From positions 1 through 64,000 of the forward strand of contig JBFMCP010000005.1 in NCBI GenBank assembly GCA_040754455.1: a DNA stretch of 64,000 nucleotides, given 5' to 3'. Shown piece after piece: positions 1-9,403 of the stretch. The notes under the pieces were generated by a model. That model had not been told where the DNA came from. It did not search any database and was given only the letters and a program-made list of their open reading frames with translations. Position numbers and translations under genes: made by a program. Source of the DNA: Nitrospirota bacterium (GTDB taxonomy: Bacteria; Nitrospirota; Thermodesulfovibrionia; Thermodesulfovibrionales; Dissulfurispiraceae). The first letter of the stretch is position 1. The number at the start of each line of letters is the position of its first letter.

Positions 1-69
1 CCTTATAATCTTGCATTTTGCAACGCATCGATTACAGCAACGCGTTCTCTTCAGAGAATCTATAGATGA

Positions 70-86
70 TTGTTACCATGTAACAA
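70..86. promoter_or_regulatory. Perfect dyad TTGTTAC-CAT-GTAACAA upstream of the octaheme gene
   Basis: 7-bp inverted arms ending 26 nt before the GTG start. Confidence 0.45.
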
Positions 87-112
87 CGTAAAATCTTTAT
101 ATCAAGGAGGTT

Positions 113-1600
113 GTGGTGAGTATTCGGTCTTTTCTAGTTGTTGCAGCAGCCATACTTCTGGTCCCTGTCTACGGAATGGCGGCATCCGTTGACCATTCCC
201 AGTTCATACAGGGGCCGTTCAAGTCTGGCGAGGAGGTCACCCAAACCTGTCTGCAGTGTCATGACAAGCAGGCAGAAGATTTCATGAAAACCCCCCATTG
301 GAAGTGGAAAGGCATTCCTAGGACCGTAAAGGGCCTGGAGAACAGCACGGAGGAGTACGGAAAGGCGAACCTGCTCAATAATTTCTGTACTGATATCGAA
401 GGCGACAGCATTGTCTTCTGCAGCAAATGCCACGCCGGTTATGGATGGACAAAGAACAACAACTTCACCTTCAAGGACAAGAACAAAATCGATTGCCTCG
501 TCTGCCATGCAAAGGCAGGCAATTATAAAAAGGGAAACGGAGGCCAGCCGGACCAGAAACTGCTCGATGCGGGGAAGATGGACCTCACCAAGGCAGCACA
601 GAGCGTCGGGCTTCCCAACAGGGATAACTGTGGCGTCTGCCACTTCTTCGGCGGCGGCGGCGATGCAGTGAAGCACGGCGACCTCGACTCGACCATCAGC
701 AAGCCTACGAGGGACCACGATGTCCACATGGGCGGGCCTGCCGACATGTCCTGTCAGGGGTGCCACGTGACAAAGGACCACAAGATTGCAGGCGCCTCCA
801 CCTTCCTCGCCACGAACGACGGTCGCGTGAGCTGCGAGGACTGCCACAAGTATCCTCACAAGGATTCCAATGCGAATAAAATACTTACCAAACACACCAA
901 AACGGTTGCCTGCCAGACCTGCCACATCCCGACGTTTGCAAGGGGACAGGCAACAAAGATGAGCTGGGACTGGTCCACCGGCGGCCAGGACATCGAGCCC
1001 GAGGAACAGTTCGGCAAAGAGACGTATGCGAAGCATAAGGGAACCTTTGTCTGGGCCAAGGATGTCATCCCAACCTATGCATGGTATAACGGCAAGACTG
1101 AACGGTACCTGAAAGGCCAGAAGATCGCCAACCCTCAAGAGGTGCTGTATATTTCAAAGCCCGTTGGAGATATCAAAGACAAGAGCTCCAAGATATATCC
1201 TTTTAAAGTACATACGGGGAAACAGCCGATGGATTCAAAGTACAGGTACCTGTCGATCTTCCAGACCTTCGGCGGTTATTGGAGCCACTACAACTGGGAG
1301 AAGGCCATCACCGACGGTGCAAAGGCTTCAGGGCTTCCGTACAGCGGCAAGCATGAGTTCGTTTCGACCGCTTTTTACGGCAGCATCAACCACGAAGTTG
1401 CTCCGAAGTCAAATGCCTTGAAGTGCAGGGACTGCCATATGGACGGCAAGCGACTTGACTGGAAGGCCCTGGGCTATGCCGGTGACCCCATGAGGGTTGG
1501 AGGAAGATTCGAAGCAAAGGCTGAAGAAAATGTCGTAAAAGCTAAGGCTGATGGAAAAGGCAGCAAACCCGCCAAGAAAAAAGCTGCAAAAAAATCATAA
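113..1600 (+). CDS. Octaheme c-type cytochrome, tetrathionate reductase (OTR) family
   Basis: Signal peptide, 8 CxxCH motifs (CLQCH to CRDCH), NNFC and GGGGDAVKHGDLDS motifs, SD AAGGAGG. Confidence 0.9.
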   Translation: MVSIRSFLVVAAAILLVPVYGMAASVDHSQFIQGPFKSGEEVTQTCLQCHDKQAEDFMKTPHWKWKGIPRTVKGLENSTEEYGKANLLNNFCTDIEGDSIVFCSKCHAGYGWTKNNNFTFKDKNKIDCLVCHAKAGNYKKGNGGQPDQKLLDAGKMDLTKAAQSVGLPNRDNCGVCHFFGGGGDAVKHGDLDSTISKPTRDHDVHMGGPADMSCQGCHVTKDHKIAGASTFLATNDGRVSCEDCHKYPHKDSNANKILTKHTKTVACQTCHIPTFARGQATKMSWDWSTGGQDIEPEEQFGKETYAKHKGTFVWAKDVIPTYAWYNGKTERYLKGQKIANPQEVLYISKPVGDIKDKSSKIYPFKVHTGKQPMDSKYRYLSIFQTFGGYWSHYNWEKAITDGAKASGLPYSGKHEFVSTAFYGSINHEVAPKSNALKCRDCHMDGKRLDWKALGYAGDPMRVGGRFEAKAEENVVKAKADGKGSKPAKKKAAKKS

Positions 1601-1617
1601 CTATAGTTATATTAAGA

Positions 1618-1647
1618 AGAGGGGGATATGTTATATATTCCCCCTCT
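1618..1647 (+). terminator. Intergenic hairpin (terminator or mRNA stabiliser)
   Basis: AGAGGGGGATAT / ATATTCCCCCTCT. Confidence 0.5.
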
Positions 1648-1670
1648 CACAACCACAAGGAGGGTTCATC

Positions 1671-1988
1671 ATGAAGGCATCAAGGGTAATCACACTATTG
1701 GTAATGGCGCTTGTTTCTGCAGCGCTCGTTGCGGGCGTCGCACTGGCAGCTGACAAGGTAACTGTGTTGGGAAAAATCAAGGACTACGATCTCAGCAAAA
1801 AAACCGTTACTGTCACGACCAAAGAGGGCAAAGACATGACGTTCGTCATCGAGAATGATACTGCCCTGAAGAAACTGGATGACAGGCTGTTAAAGGGTGA
1901 CGAGGTAAAGATAAAATACGTCGACGAGGGCGGCAAGATGGTCATCAAGGGTTCCAACGATATGAAGGGGACCAAGGCAGGCTGCTAA
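1671..1988 (+). CDS. Small exported hypothetical protein, beta-rich
   Basis: SD AGGAGG, ATG at 1671, signal peptide ending ALA-A. Confidence 0.8.
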   Translation: MKASRVITLLVMALVSAALVAGVALAADKVTVLGKIKDYDLSKKTVTVTTKEGKDMTFVIENDTALKKLDDRLLKGDEVKIKYVDEGGKMVIKGSNDMKGTKAGC

Positions 1989-2013
1989 CGGCATTCCCTG
2001 TTTCAGTCTCGTT

Positions 2014-2054
2014 ACAAAAAAGAGGCAGGTAAATAAAACCTGCCTCTTTTTTGT
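2014..2054. terminator. Bidirectional intrinsic terminator
   Basis: ACAAAAAAGAGGCAGGT / ACCTGCCTCTTTTTTGT. Confidence 0.9.
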
Positions 2055-2065
2055 TCCAACCGGAA

Positions 2066-2146
2066 TAAGGCGGTGTGGTGGAGTAATGGGTAGTTAGGGG
2101 CAGATGTTTTTGCAATATTCCAACACTTCGTCACTCCATCGCCTTA
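2066..2146. repeat. Degenerate inverted tandem octamer hairpin (GGAGTAAT-like)
   Basis: TAAGGCG..TGGAGTAATGG..CCAACACTTCGTCACTCCATCGCCTTA. Confidence 0.55.
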
Positions 2147-2210
2147 CGTTGACAAGCTCCTCGTTTAGGTGTATTTAAGGAAGTAAGAATACATCGAAAG
2201 GAGGATATCT

Positions 2211-2525
2211 ATGGCCACTTATGTCATTCTGAGCAAGCTGACTGATGATGGAAGAAAGACGATCAAGGAGAACCCGAACAGACTCTTCGAAGTGAACAAG
2301 GAACTGGAATCGATGGGGGTCACCGTCAAAGAGCAGTACGTCTGTCTCGGCCCTTATGATTTCGTGAACATTGTCGAGGCCCCCGATAACGATACGGTAA
2401 TGAAGATGTCCATGGAGATCGGCGCACGAGGCTCGGTGGAGCTCCTCACCCTCCCCGCGATACCGGCAGATGCGTTCATAAGCACAGTATCGGAAAAAGC
2501 GATGGCCGGAGCAGGAAGAAAATAA
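2211..2525 (+). CDS. GYD domain protein
   Basis: LGPYDFVNIVEAPD motif; SD GAGGA; TTGACA-N17-TATTTA upstream. Confidence 0.85.
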   Translation: MATYVILSKLTDDGRKTIKENPNRLFEVNKELESMGVTVKEQYVCLGPYDFVNIVEAPDNDTVMKMSMEIGARGSVELLTLPAIPADAFISTVSEKAMAGAGRK

Positions 2526-2530
2526 CCGCG

Positions 2531-2579
2531 AGAGCCCTTGAAGAAATTCTTTCGAGCTTTTTTTCAAGGGCCTCTTTTT
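2531..2579 (+). terminator. Intrinsic terminator
   Basis: AGAGCCCTTGAAGAAA / TTTTTCAAGGGCCTCT plus T-run. Confidence 0.75.
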
Positions 2580-2626
2580 GTCCTCATACTTCACAAAAAA
2601 TTTTTTTTATGCTATGGTGTATACTT

Positions 2627-2685
2627 TAGCTCTTAGCTCATTGCTGGCAGCCTTAAATTATTAAAGGTGAAGAGCCATGAGCTCA
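2627..2685. repeat. Short inverted heptamer hairpin in the argG leader
   Basis: TAGCTCT TAGCTCA ... AGAGCCA TGAGCTCA. Confidence 0.4.
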
Positions 2686-2712
2686 TACCTTCGGGCTACG
2701 TAGGAGGACTGT

Positions 2713-3918
2713 ATGGCAAAAAAAATCGTGCTGGCCTACTCAGGAGGTCTCGACACCTCTATCGTGATAAAGTGGCTCATTGAGACCTATCACGCCGAGG
2801 TGATCGCTTTCTGCGCCGATCTCGGACAGGGCGAAGAGCTGGCGCCCGTCGAGGAAAAGGCGCTCAAGACCGGTGCCTCAAAGGCATACGTTGAAGACCT
2901 GCGGGAGGAGTTCGTAAGGGAGTACATTTTTCCGATGCTGCGGGCAAATGCCGTCTATGAGGGCACCTACCTGCTCGGTACTTCCATTGCACGTCCTCTG
3001 ATCGCAAAAAAGCAGATCGACATTGCCATAAAAGAAGGAGCCGATGCTGTTGCACACGGCGCCACCGGAAAGGGGAACGATCAGGTGCGCTTCGAGCTCA
3101 CCTACTATGCACTCAAGCCCGATATTACCGTTATCGCCCCCTGGCGCGAATGGTCCTTCACTTCACGGCAATCGCTCATCGAGTATGCCGAAAAACACGG
3201 CATCCCTGTCCCTGCGACAAAGGCAAAGCCCTACAGCACTGACAGAAACATCCTTCATATCAGCTATGAGGGGGGCATTCTCGAAGATCCATGGGCAGAG
3301 CCGACCGACGACATGTACACCATGATGGTTCCTCCCGAGAAGGCTCCTGACAAGCCGCTGTACATCGAAATTGAATATAAGGAGGGGAATCCCGTGGCGC
3401 TGAACGGCGAAACGCTCTCGCCCTTTCAGCTCTTCGAACGCCTCAACAGGATTGCAGGCGACAACGGCATCGGCAGGGTCGATATCGTCGAGAACAGATA
3501 TGTGGGCATCAAATCGCGGGGCGTTTATGAGACACCGGCTGGCACGGTACTCCACGCCGCTCACCGTGCAATTGAGTCGATAACCCTCGACAGAGAGGTA
3601 TTCCATCTCAAAGACGCTCTTATCCCGAAATACGCCGAGCTCGTCTACTACGGCTACTGGTTTTCACCCGAACGTGAAATGCTCCAGACCACAATCGACA
3701 GTACGCAAAAAAATGTCACTGGCACGGTGCGCCTCAAGCTCTATAAAGGAAGCTGTCTCGTTGTAGGGAGAAAGTCGCCCTACTCCCTGTATAACCCCGA
3801 GCTCGCCACCTTCGAGGCGGAAAGGGTCTATAATCAGAAAGACGCCGAGGGCTTCATCAAGCTGAACGCACTCCGCCTCAAGGTTCGGAATCTTCTCGGC
3901 AAACAGCATCAGGGGTAG
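2713..3918 (+). CDS. argG: Argininosuccinate synthase
   Basis: [31 protein letters not shown]. Confidence 0.98.
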   Translation: MAKKIVLAYSGGLDTSIVIKWLIETYHAEVIAFCADLGQGEELAPVEEKALKTGASKAYVEDLREEFVREYIFPMLRANAVYEGTYLLGTSIARPLIAKKQIDIAIKEGADAVAHGATGKGNDQVRFELTYYALKPDITVIAPWREWSFTSRQSLIEYAEKHGIPVPATKAKPYSTDRNILHISYEGGILEDPWAEPTDDMYTMMVPPEKAPDKPLYIEIEYKEGNPVALNGETLSPFQLFERLNRIAGDNGIGRVDIVENRYVGIKSRGVYETPAGTVLHAAHRAIESITLDREVFHLKDALIPKYAELVYYGYWFSPEREMLQTTIDSTQKNVTGTVRLKLYKGSCLVVGRKSPYSLYNPELATFEAERVYNQKDAEGFIKLNALRLKVRNLLGKQHQG

Positions 3919-3948
3919 CGTCGGGAGAGCACTGCTCGGCAGGAGAGG

Positions 3949-5103
3949 ATGAAGAGCACGAACCAACCAGCCCGCCATGATGATCTTCGCTGTCTGCTTG
4001 CGCTTTCCTTTATAAAGGATGTCGGGCCGGTAACGATCAAACGGCTCCTCGCTGCATTCCCCTCGGCCCCGTCGATCTTTGAGGCATCGTTTGAAGAACT
4101 GCAAAGAACAGCCGATATAAAAGAGGCGCACGCAAGACGAATAAAAGATTTTGCCGCATGGGATCTCGTCGAAAGGGAGATCGAACAGGCGGAACAACGG
4201 CATATACGGATCATCGCCTGTACCGACAGCAGTTATCCCGAGTCGCTGCGGGTGATCAATGGTCCGCCGCCGGTACTCTACATGAAAGGTGAGATGCATA
4301 AAGATGACACCTTTGCCATCGCGATGGTTGGGTCGAGAATGATGTCGGATTACGGCAGGACAGTTGCCCATAACCTCGCCTTCGAGCTCGCTTCGCACGG
4401 ATTGACGATTGTGAGCGGCATGGCGCGCGGCATCGATACGATCTCGCACAAAGGAGCGCTCAAGGCCGGCGGCAGGAGCATCGCCGTGCTCGGCTGCGGA
4501 CTGGACCGGCCCTATCCTCCCGAAAATGCCGAACTCTTTGAAGAACTCTCCCATGCCGGCTGCGTTATCAGCGAGTTCCCCTTCGGCACCCCGCCGACCA
4601 GGGAAAACTTTCCCCGGAGGAACAGGGTGATCAGCGGCCTCTCTCTGGGGGTACTGGTGGTCGAGGCAACACGCAACAGCGGCTCTCTGATCACCGCTCA
4701 GCATGCCCTCGATCAGGGGAAGGAGGTCTTCGCCGTGCCCGGAAAGATCACGGCAAAGACCTCGGAGGGGACCAACGCCCTCATCAAAAAGGGGGCTAGA
4801 CCTGTGCATACGGCAGAAGATATAATAGAAGAGTTGTCGTCCCTGCTGAGGGGCCTTCTCCGTTCCCGCAGTAATTCCTCAGAGCAATCGAACAAAAAGC
4901 CTTCTGATATTCCGGACGGACTTGAAATATCTGATGAGGAACGGGCAATATGTAGTGTTTTGAATGATGAGCCGAAGCATATCGACAGCATTGCACGGGA
5001 GCTTGCCATGGCTCCTTCCAAACTTCTAGGGCTGCTCCTCACCCTTGAACTCAAAGGCATTGTCAAGCAGACAGAGGGAAAAAACTTTTATATACTTTTT
5101 TAA
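3949..5103 (+). CDS. dprA: DNA-processing protein DprA
   Basis: IVSGMARGID, FPRRNRVISGLS, SGSLITA. Confidence 0.97.
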   Translation: MKSTNQPARHDDLRCLLALSFIKDVGPVTIKRLLAAFPSAPSIFEASFEELQRTADIKEAHARRIKDFAAWDLVEREIEQAEQRHIRIIACTDSSYPESLRVINGPPPVLYMKGEMHKDDTFAIAMVGSRMMSDYGRTVAHNLAFELASHGLTIVSGMARGIDTISHKGALKAGGRSIAVLGCGLDRPYPPENAELFEELSHAGCVISEFPFGTPPTRENFPRRNRVISGLSLGVLVVEATRNSGSLITAQHALDQGKEVFAVPGKITAKTSEGTNALIKKGARPVHTAEDIIEELSSLLRGLLRSRSNSSEQSNKKPSDIPDGLEISDEERAICSVLNDEPKHIDSIARELAMAPSKLLGLLLTLELKGIVKQTEGKNFYILF

Positions 5104-5112
5104 GGAGGACAC

Positions 5113-5397
5113 TTGGCGAAACGTTTGATCGATGTTTTGAGAGTCCTTGCCAAGGAACTGATCGAAAAGGGCTATGACGCTGATGACATGATGAAAAAAG
5201 TAAGCGCCTTCGATATCGATTTTCTAACCGTGAAGGACGAGCTCATAACGCTGGAATTAACCAAATATATAGATGATGCTGAACTCGATACCATCCGGGC
5301 ATTGCTCGCCTATATCCTGATGAAAGACACCGATCTCGAGACCGAAGAGATTTACGCATTCATATTCGGCAGGGGCAGACAGATAACCTGGAATTGA
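5113..5397 (+). CDS. Hypothetical protein in the smg/DUF494 position between dprA and topA
   Basis: SD AAGGAGG plus TTG start; acidic helical protein; family inferred from position only. Confidence 0.7.
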   Translation: MAKRLIDVLRVLAKELIEKGYDADDMMKKVSAFDIDFLTVKDELITLELTKYIDDAELDTIRALLAYILMKDTDLETEEIYAFIFGRGRQITWN

Positions 5398-5413
5398 GGA
5401 GGTACGTGAGAAC

Positions 5414-7756
5414 GTGAAATCGCTCGTTATTGTTGAATCGCCGGCAAAGGCGAAGACCATAAATAAGATACTCGGCAAGGACTTCAGGGTAAAGGCCTCG
5501 ATTGGCCATGTAAAGGATCTCCCCCAGAAGGAGCTCGGCGTTGATGTCGATGACAACTTTACGCCGCACTATATCACTATTCCCGGCAAGGAAAAGATCA
5601 TCAAAGAGCTGAAGAGCGCTGCAAAACAGGCCGATATGATCTACCTCGCTACCGACCCTGATCGCGAAGGCGAAGCCATTGCCTACCACATTGCAGAGGA
5701 CATAAAACCGTCGAAGAAGAGCGGCAAGAAGATCTACCGCGTCACCTTCCACGAGATCACTGCGAGAGCGGTGAAGGAGGCGATCGAACATCCCGGCGAG
5801 ATCGACATCAATAAAGTAGAAGCACAGCAGGCGAGGAGGATCCTCGACCGCCTCGTCGGCTACAATCTCAGCCCCTTCCTCTGGAAAAAGGTGAGGAGGG
5901 GCCTGAGCGCCGGCAGAGTACAGTCGGTAGCCGTAAAGCTGGTCGTGGACAGGGAGCGTGAGATCGAAGCCTTTGTCAAAGAGGAATACTGGACAATCGA
6001 CACCCTCCTGCAGCCCCGGAGCGCAGCGGAGAAATCATCGTTTCCCGCAAAGCTCTTTAAATATAATGATACGCTGGTCATCAATCGTGATGCCGACGAG
6101 GGAAAGAGATTCCTCATCACCAACGAAAAGCAGGCGCAACAGATCGCCGCTGACATCAGCGGCAAGGAATTCTTCCTTGCAAAGATCGAGACGAAGATGC
6201 GGAAGCGCGCCCCTGCTCCACCCTTTATCACCAGCACCATCCAGCAGGAGGCGGCACGCAGGCTGCGTTTCCCGGCAAAGAAGACCATGATGCTCGCGCA
6301 ACAGCTCTATGAAGGTATCGAGCTTGGTGACGAGGGCTCGGTCGGCCTGATCACCTATATGAGGACCGACTCGTTCAGGGTCGCTCCCGAAGCGCAGCAG
6401 TGGGCGCGTGATTTTATCGAAAAGAAATACGGGAAAGAGTATCTGCCGGAAAAGCCGCCGCACTACAAGAGCAGAGAGAGCGCTCAAGAGGCCCACGAGG
6501 CGATCAGACCTACGTACCCTGAACAGACGCCCGAGGCAGTGAAAAAGTATCTCTCGAAAGACCAGTACAATCTCTACGCCCTGATCTGGAACCGCTTCAT
6601 CGCGAGCCAGATGGTCCCGGCGCAGCTCGAACAGACCACCTTCATCATCGGCCTGAAAGATGCCGGTGCCGAAGTAAAAGGGACGGAGCTGAGGGCTACC
6701 GGCACCGTGATACGTTTCCCCGGTTTCATGGCCCTCTACACAGAGAGCAAAGACGATATAGAGGAAGAAGAAGGCGGATTGCTTCCGCCGCTCGCTGAAG
6801 GCGAGTCGCTCGACCCGCTCGAAATAAAACCGGTACAGCATTTCACCCAGCCCCCGCCACGCTACACCGAAGCGACCCTCGTCAAGGCGCTGGAGGAAAA
6901 GGGCATTGGACGGCCGAGCACGTATGCCGCCATCCTCTCCACCATTCAGGACAGAAAATATGTGGAGAAGAACGAGGACCGGAGATTTGCTCCTACCGAG
7001 CTCGGTGTTGTGGTAAACGACCTCCTCGTCGAGAAGTTTCCCGAACTGATCGACCTCAGCTTCACCGCGAAGATGGAAAGCGAGCTCGACGAGATCGAAA
7101 ACGCGAACATGAAATGGGTCGAAGTTATAAAAGACTTCTATAAACCCTTCAGCAAGGACCTCAAAGAAGCGTCGAAGGATATGGCAAAGGTGAAGCCCCA
7201 GGACATCCCTACCGAAGAGGTATGCGAAAACTGCGGCTCTCCGATGGTGATCAAATGGGGCAGACACGGCAGGTTCCTTGCGTGCTCGGCCTACCCGAAG
7301 TGCAAGACCACGAGACCTCTGGAGGGCGATAACACGCCGCAAAAACCCGATGCCATGATCACCGATGAGACCTGCGAGAAATGCGGCGCCCCTATGGTGA
7401 TCAAGACCGGCAGGTACGGCAAGTTCCTCGCCTGCTCCCAATATCCCGAATGCAAGACCACAAAGCCCATCGCAACGGGAGTAAAATGCCCGGTCGACGG
7501 CGGCGACATTGTCGAACGCCGGTCGAAGCGGGGCAAACCCTTCTGGAGCTGCAGCAACTATCCGAACTGCACCTTTGCCCTCTGGTACAAGCCGGTGCCC
7601 AAAGAGTGCCCGAAGTGCAAGGCCCCCTTCCTCGTCGAGAAATGGAACAAGGCAGGCGAGCACTTCCTCGCCTGTGTCAACAAAGAATGCAAATACATAG
7701 AAGAGCTGAAGGAAGAGCAGAAGGAGCAGGAAAAGACCGCAGTTGGTGAGGAGTAA
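5414..7756 (+). CDS. topA: Type I DNA topoisomerase
   Basis: VESPAKAKTI, DPDREGE, SAGRVQS, ITYMRTDS, C-terminal zinc ribbons. Confidence 0.99.
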   Translation: MKSLVIVESPAKAKTINKILGKDFRVKASIGHVKDLPQKELGVDVDDNFTPHYITIPGKEKIIKELKSAAKQADMIYLATDPDREGEAIAYHIAEDIKPSKKSGKKIYRVTFHEITARAVKEAIEHPGEIDINKVEAQQARRILDRLVGYNLSPFLWKKVRRGLSAGRVQSVAVKLVVDREREIEAFVKEEYWTIDTLLQPRSAAEKSSFPAKLFKYNDTLVINRDADEGKRFLITNEKQAQQIAADISGKEFFLAKIETKMRKRAPAPPFITSTIQQEAARRLRFPAKKTMMLAQQLYEGIELGDEGSVGLITYMRTDSFRVAPEAQQWARDFIEKKYGKEYLPEKPPHYKSRESAQEAHEAIRPTYPEQTPEAVKKYLSKDQYNLYALIWNRFIASQMVPAQLEQTTFIIGLKDAGAEVKGTELRATGTVIRFPGFMALYTESKDDIEEEEGGLLPPLAEGESLDPLEIKPVQHFTQPPPRYTEATLVKALEEKGIGRPSTYAAILSTIQDRKYVEKNEDRRFAPTELGVVVNDLLVEKFPELIDLSFTAKMESELDEIENANMKWVEVIKDFYKPFSKDLKEASKDMAKVKPQDIPTEEVCENCGSPMVIKWGRHGRFLACSAYPKCKTTRPLEGDNTPQKPDAMITDETCEKCGAPMVIKTGRYGKFLACSQYPECKTTKPIATGVKCPVDGGDIVERRSKRGKPFWSCSNYPNCTFALWYKPVPKECPKCKAPFLVEKWNKAGEHFLACVNKECKYIEELKEEQKEQEKTAVGEE

Positions 7757-8588
7757 CCCTCACCTCTTCGGTTCTCCCCTATCGGTGAAAAAACCTGTTG
7801 TTATAGGCATCGGCGGCGCCCACAGCGGCGTCGGCAAAACCACCGTTGCTGCAGCTCTCCTGAACTATTTCACTCGTGTCGAGCATCGAGCGTCGAGCGT
7901 CCAGACGTCTGAAGAAAAATCTTTTCCTGCCGGCTCCCGGCTTCTGACTTCCGGATTCTTTAAGAGATGGGGCGCCATCAAGTTTACCAAGACTGCCTTT
8001 TACTCCTCCGTTGTCGACGATCCCGCCGTTCTTTCCGAAGAGGACAAGGATACCCGGAAGCTGCTCGATGCAGGCGCCGAGGAAGTCCTCTGGGTACAAG
8101 CCCCTGTCACCGAACTCGGGGAAACCCTCCCCCTTGCCTTTGAGCGGCTCTCCCATCTCGACGGTGTCCTGGTCGAAGGGAACAGCGCAATTGAGTTTTT
8201 AAAGCCCGATATTGTAATATTTATAGCAAGTATCTCTAAAGAAAAGGTAAAGGCCTCTGCGCAGCGCCTCTTGCATCGAGCCGACATCGTCATCATTCCT
8301 TCAAAACACGGGGCGGAAAAGACGGCAGCGCCCGACTGGTGCGAAGAGTGCCTCATCTTTGATGCTGCAGATGGAGCGGCACTGGAAAGGCTGATACAGC
8401 GTATGGAAGCCATAGGAACGAAGAAAAACATCGAAACGTTGCTGAAAGAGAAGTCCGTTGACGGCAGGATCACCTGCACCATTGCCAGGGGTATCGCAGA
8501 AGAGCTGGGGGTCTCGTACAAAGAGGTGGGAAACGCCGCCAACGAGCTCAAGATAAAAATAAAGAATTGTGAGCTCGGCTGCTTCTAA
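7743..8588 (+). CDS. MobB-like P-loop protein fused to a C-terminal Cys-containing domain (start may be 7785)
   Basis: GAHSGVGKTT, LVEGNS; C-terminus GRITC..IKIKNCELGCF. Confidence 0.75.
   Translation: MVRSNPHLFGSPLSVKKPVVIGIGGAHSGVGKTTVAAALLNYFTRVEHRASSVQTSEEKSFPAGSRLLTSGFFKRWGAIKFTKTAFYSSVVDDPAVLSEEDKDTRKLLDAGAEEVLWVQAPVTELGETLPLAFERLSHLDGVLVEGNSAIEFLKPDIVIFIASISKEKVKASAQRLLHRADIVIIPSKHGAEKTAAPDWCEECLIFDAADGAALERLIQRMEAIGTKKNIETLLKEKSVDGRITCTIARGIAEELGVSYKEVGNAANELKIKIKNCELGCF
7874..7959. repeat. Heptamer repeat insertion inside a CDS
   Basis: GAGCATC GAGCGTC GAGCGTC ... CCCGGCT TCTGACT TCCGGAT. Confidence 0.6.
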
Positions 8589-9403
8589 TGGGCACTTTTT
8601 TATTCGAACTTGCACTCACCTTTTACTTTGTCGCGACCATTATCGGCGTCATTGATCTCCTCAAGGGGGTCAAAGAATCCTCCCGGCTGATGCTCCTCAT
8701 TACCGGGGCAGGCTTCCTGGTCCATTCTGCAAGTATCGTCTATCGCTATGTTGCCGCAGGGCATCTCCCGATCACCAGCATGCATGAGGCCTCTTCGTTC
8801 TTTGCCTGGTGTATCGTGCTGATCTTCTTTTTCCTCGAATACCGCTACAAAATCGGCATTATGGGCTCCTTCATTCTCCCGATTATTTTCGTCCTGATGC
8901 TCTCGTCGTCGATACTACCGAGGGAGATCCGTCCGCTCAGCCCTGTGCTGCAGAGTTACTGGCTGGGGATCCATACTGTGCTCGCATTTCTCGGCAATGC
9001 GTCCTTTGCCGTGGCCTTCGGCATCAGCATTATGTATCTCTTGCAGGAATACTATTTGAAGTCCAAGCATACCCGCGGCCTTTTCAAGCGGCTCCCGAGC
9101 CTCCAGGTTCTGGATGAGATAAATTACCGGCTGATCACCTTCGGTTTTCCGCTCCTCACTCTAGCGATTATCACCGGAGTGATCTGGGCCGAAAATGCCT
9201 GGGGCAGCTACTGGCGCTGGGACCCCAAAGAAACGTGGTCCCTGATCACCTGGTTCGTATACGCACTGATCCTGCATATACGGCTGACCTCGGGCTGGCG
9301 CGGGAAAAAGGCGGCTGTCCTCTCGGTGATCGGGTTCATCATCGTACTATTCACCTTCTTTGGTGTCAACCTCTCATTAAAGAGTATCCATTCGTTCTCA
9401 TGA
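8588..9403 (+). CDS. ccsA: Cytochrome c biogenesis protein (system II, CcsA/CcsB-type)
   Basis: WGSYWRWDPKETW (WWD) motif, multiple TM helices. Confidence 0.95.
   Translation: MGTFLFELALTFYFVATIIGVIDLLKGVKESSRLMLLITGAGFLVHSASIVYRYVAAGHLPITSMHEASSFFAWCIVLIFFFLEYRYKIGIMGSFILPIIFVLMLSSSILPREIRPLSPVLQSYWLGIHTVLAFLGNASFAVAFGISIMYLLQEYYLKSKHTRGLFKRLPSLQVLDEINYRLITFGFPLLTLAIITGVIWAENAWGSYWRWDPKETWSLITWFVYALILHIRLTSGWRGKKAAVLSVIGFIIVLFTFFGVNLSLKSIHSFS

Noticed and set aside
6035..7663. Long antisense ORFs (also 55835-57100, 49690-51003, 59798-60859 and others)
   Set aside because: Shadows of well-supported genes caused by codon bias; no motifs
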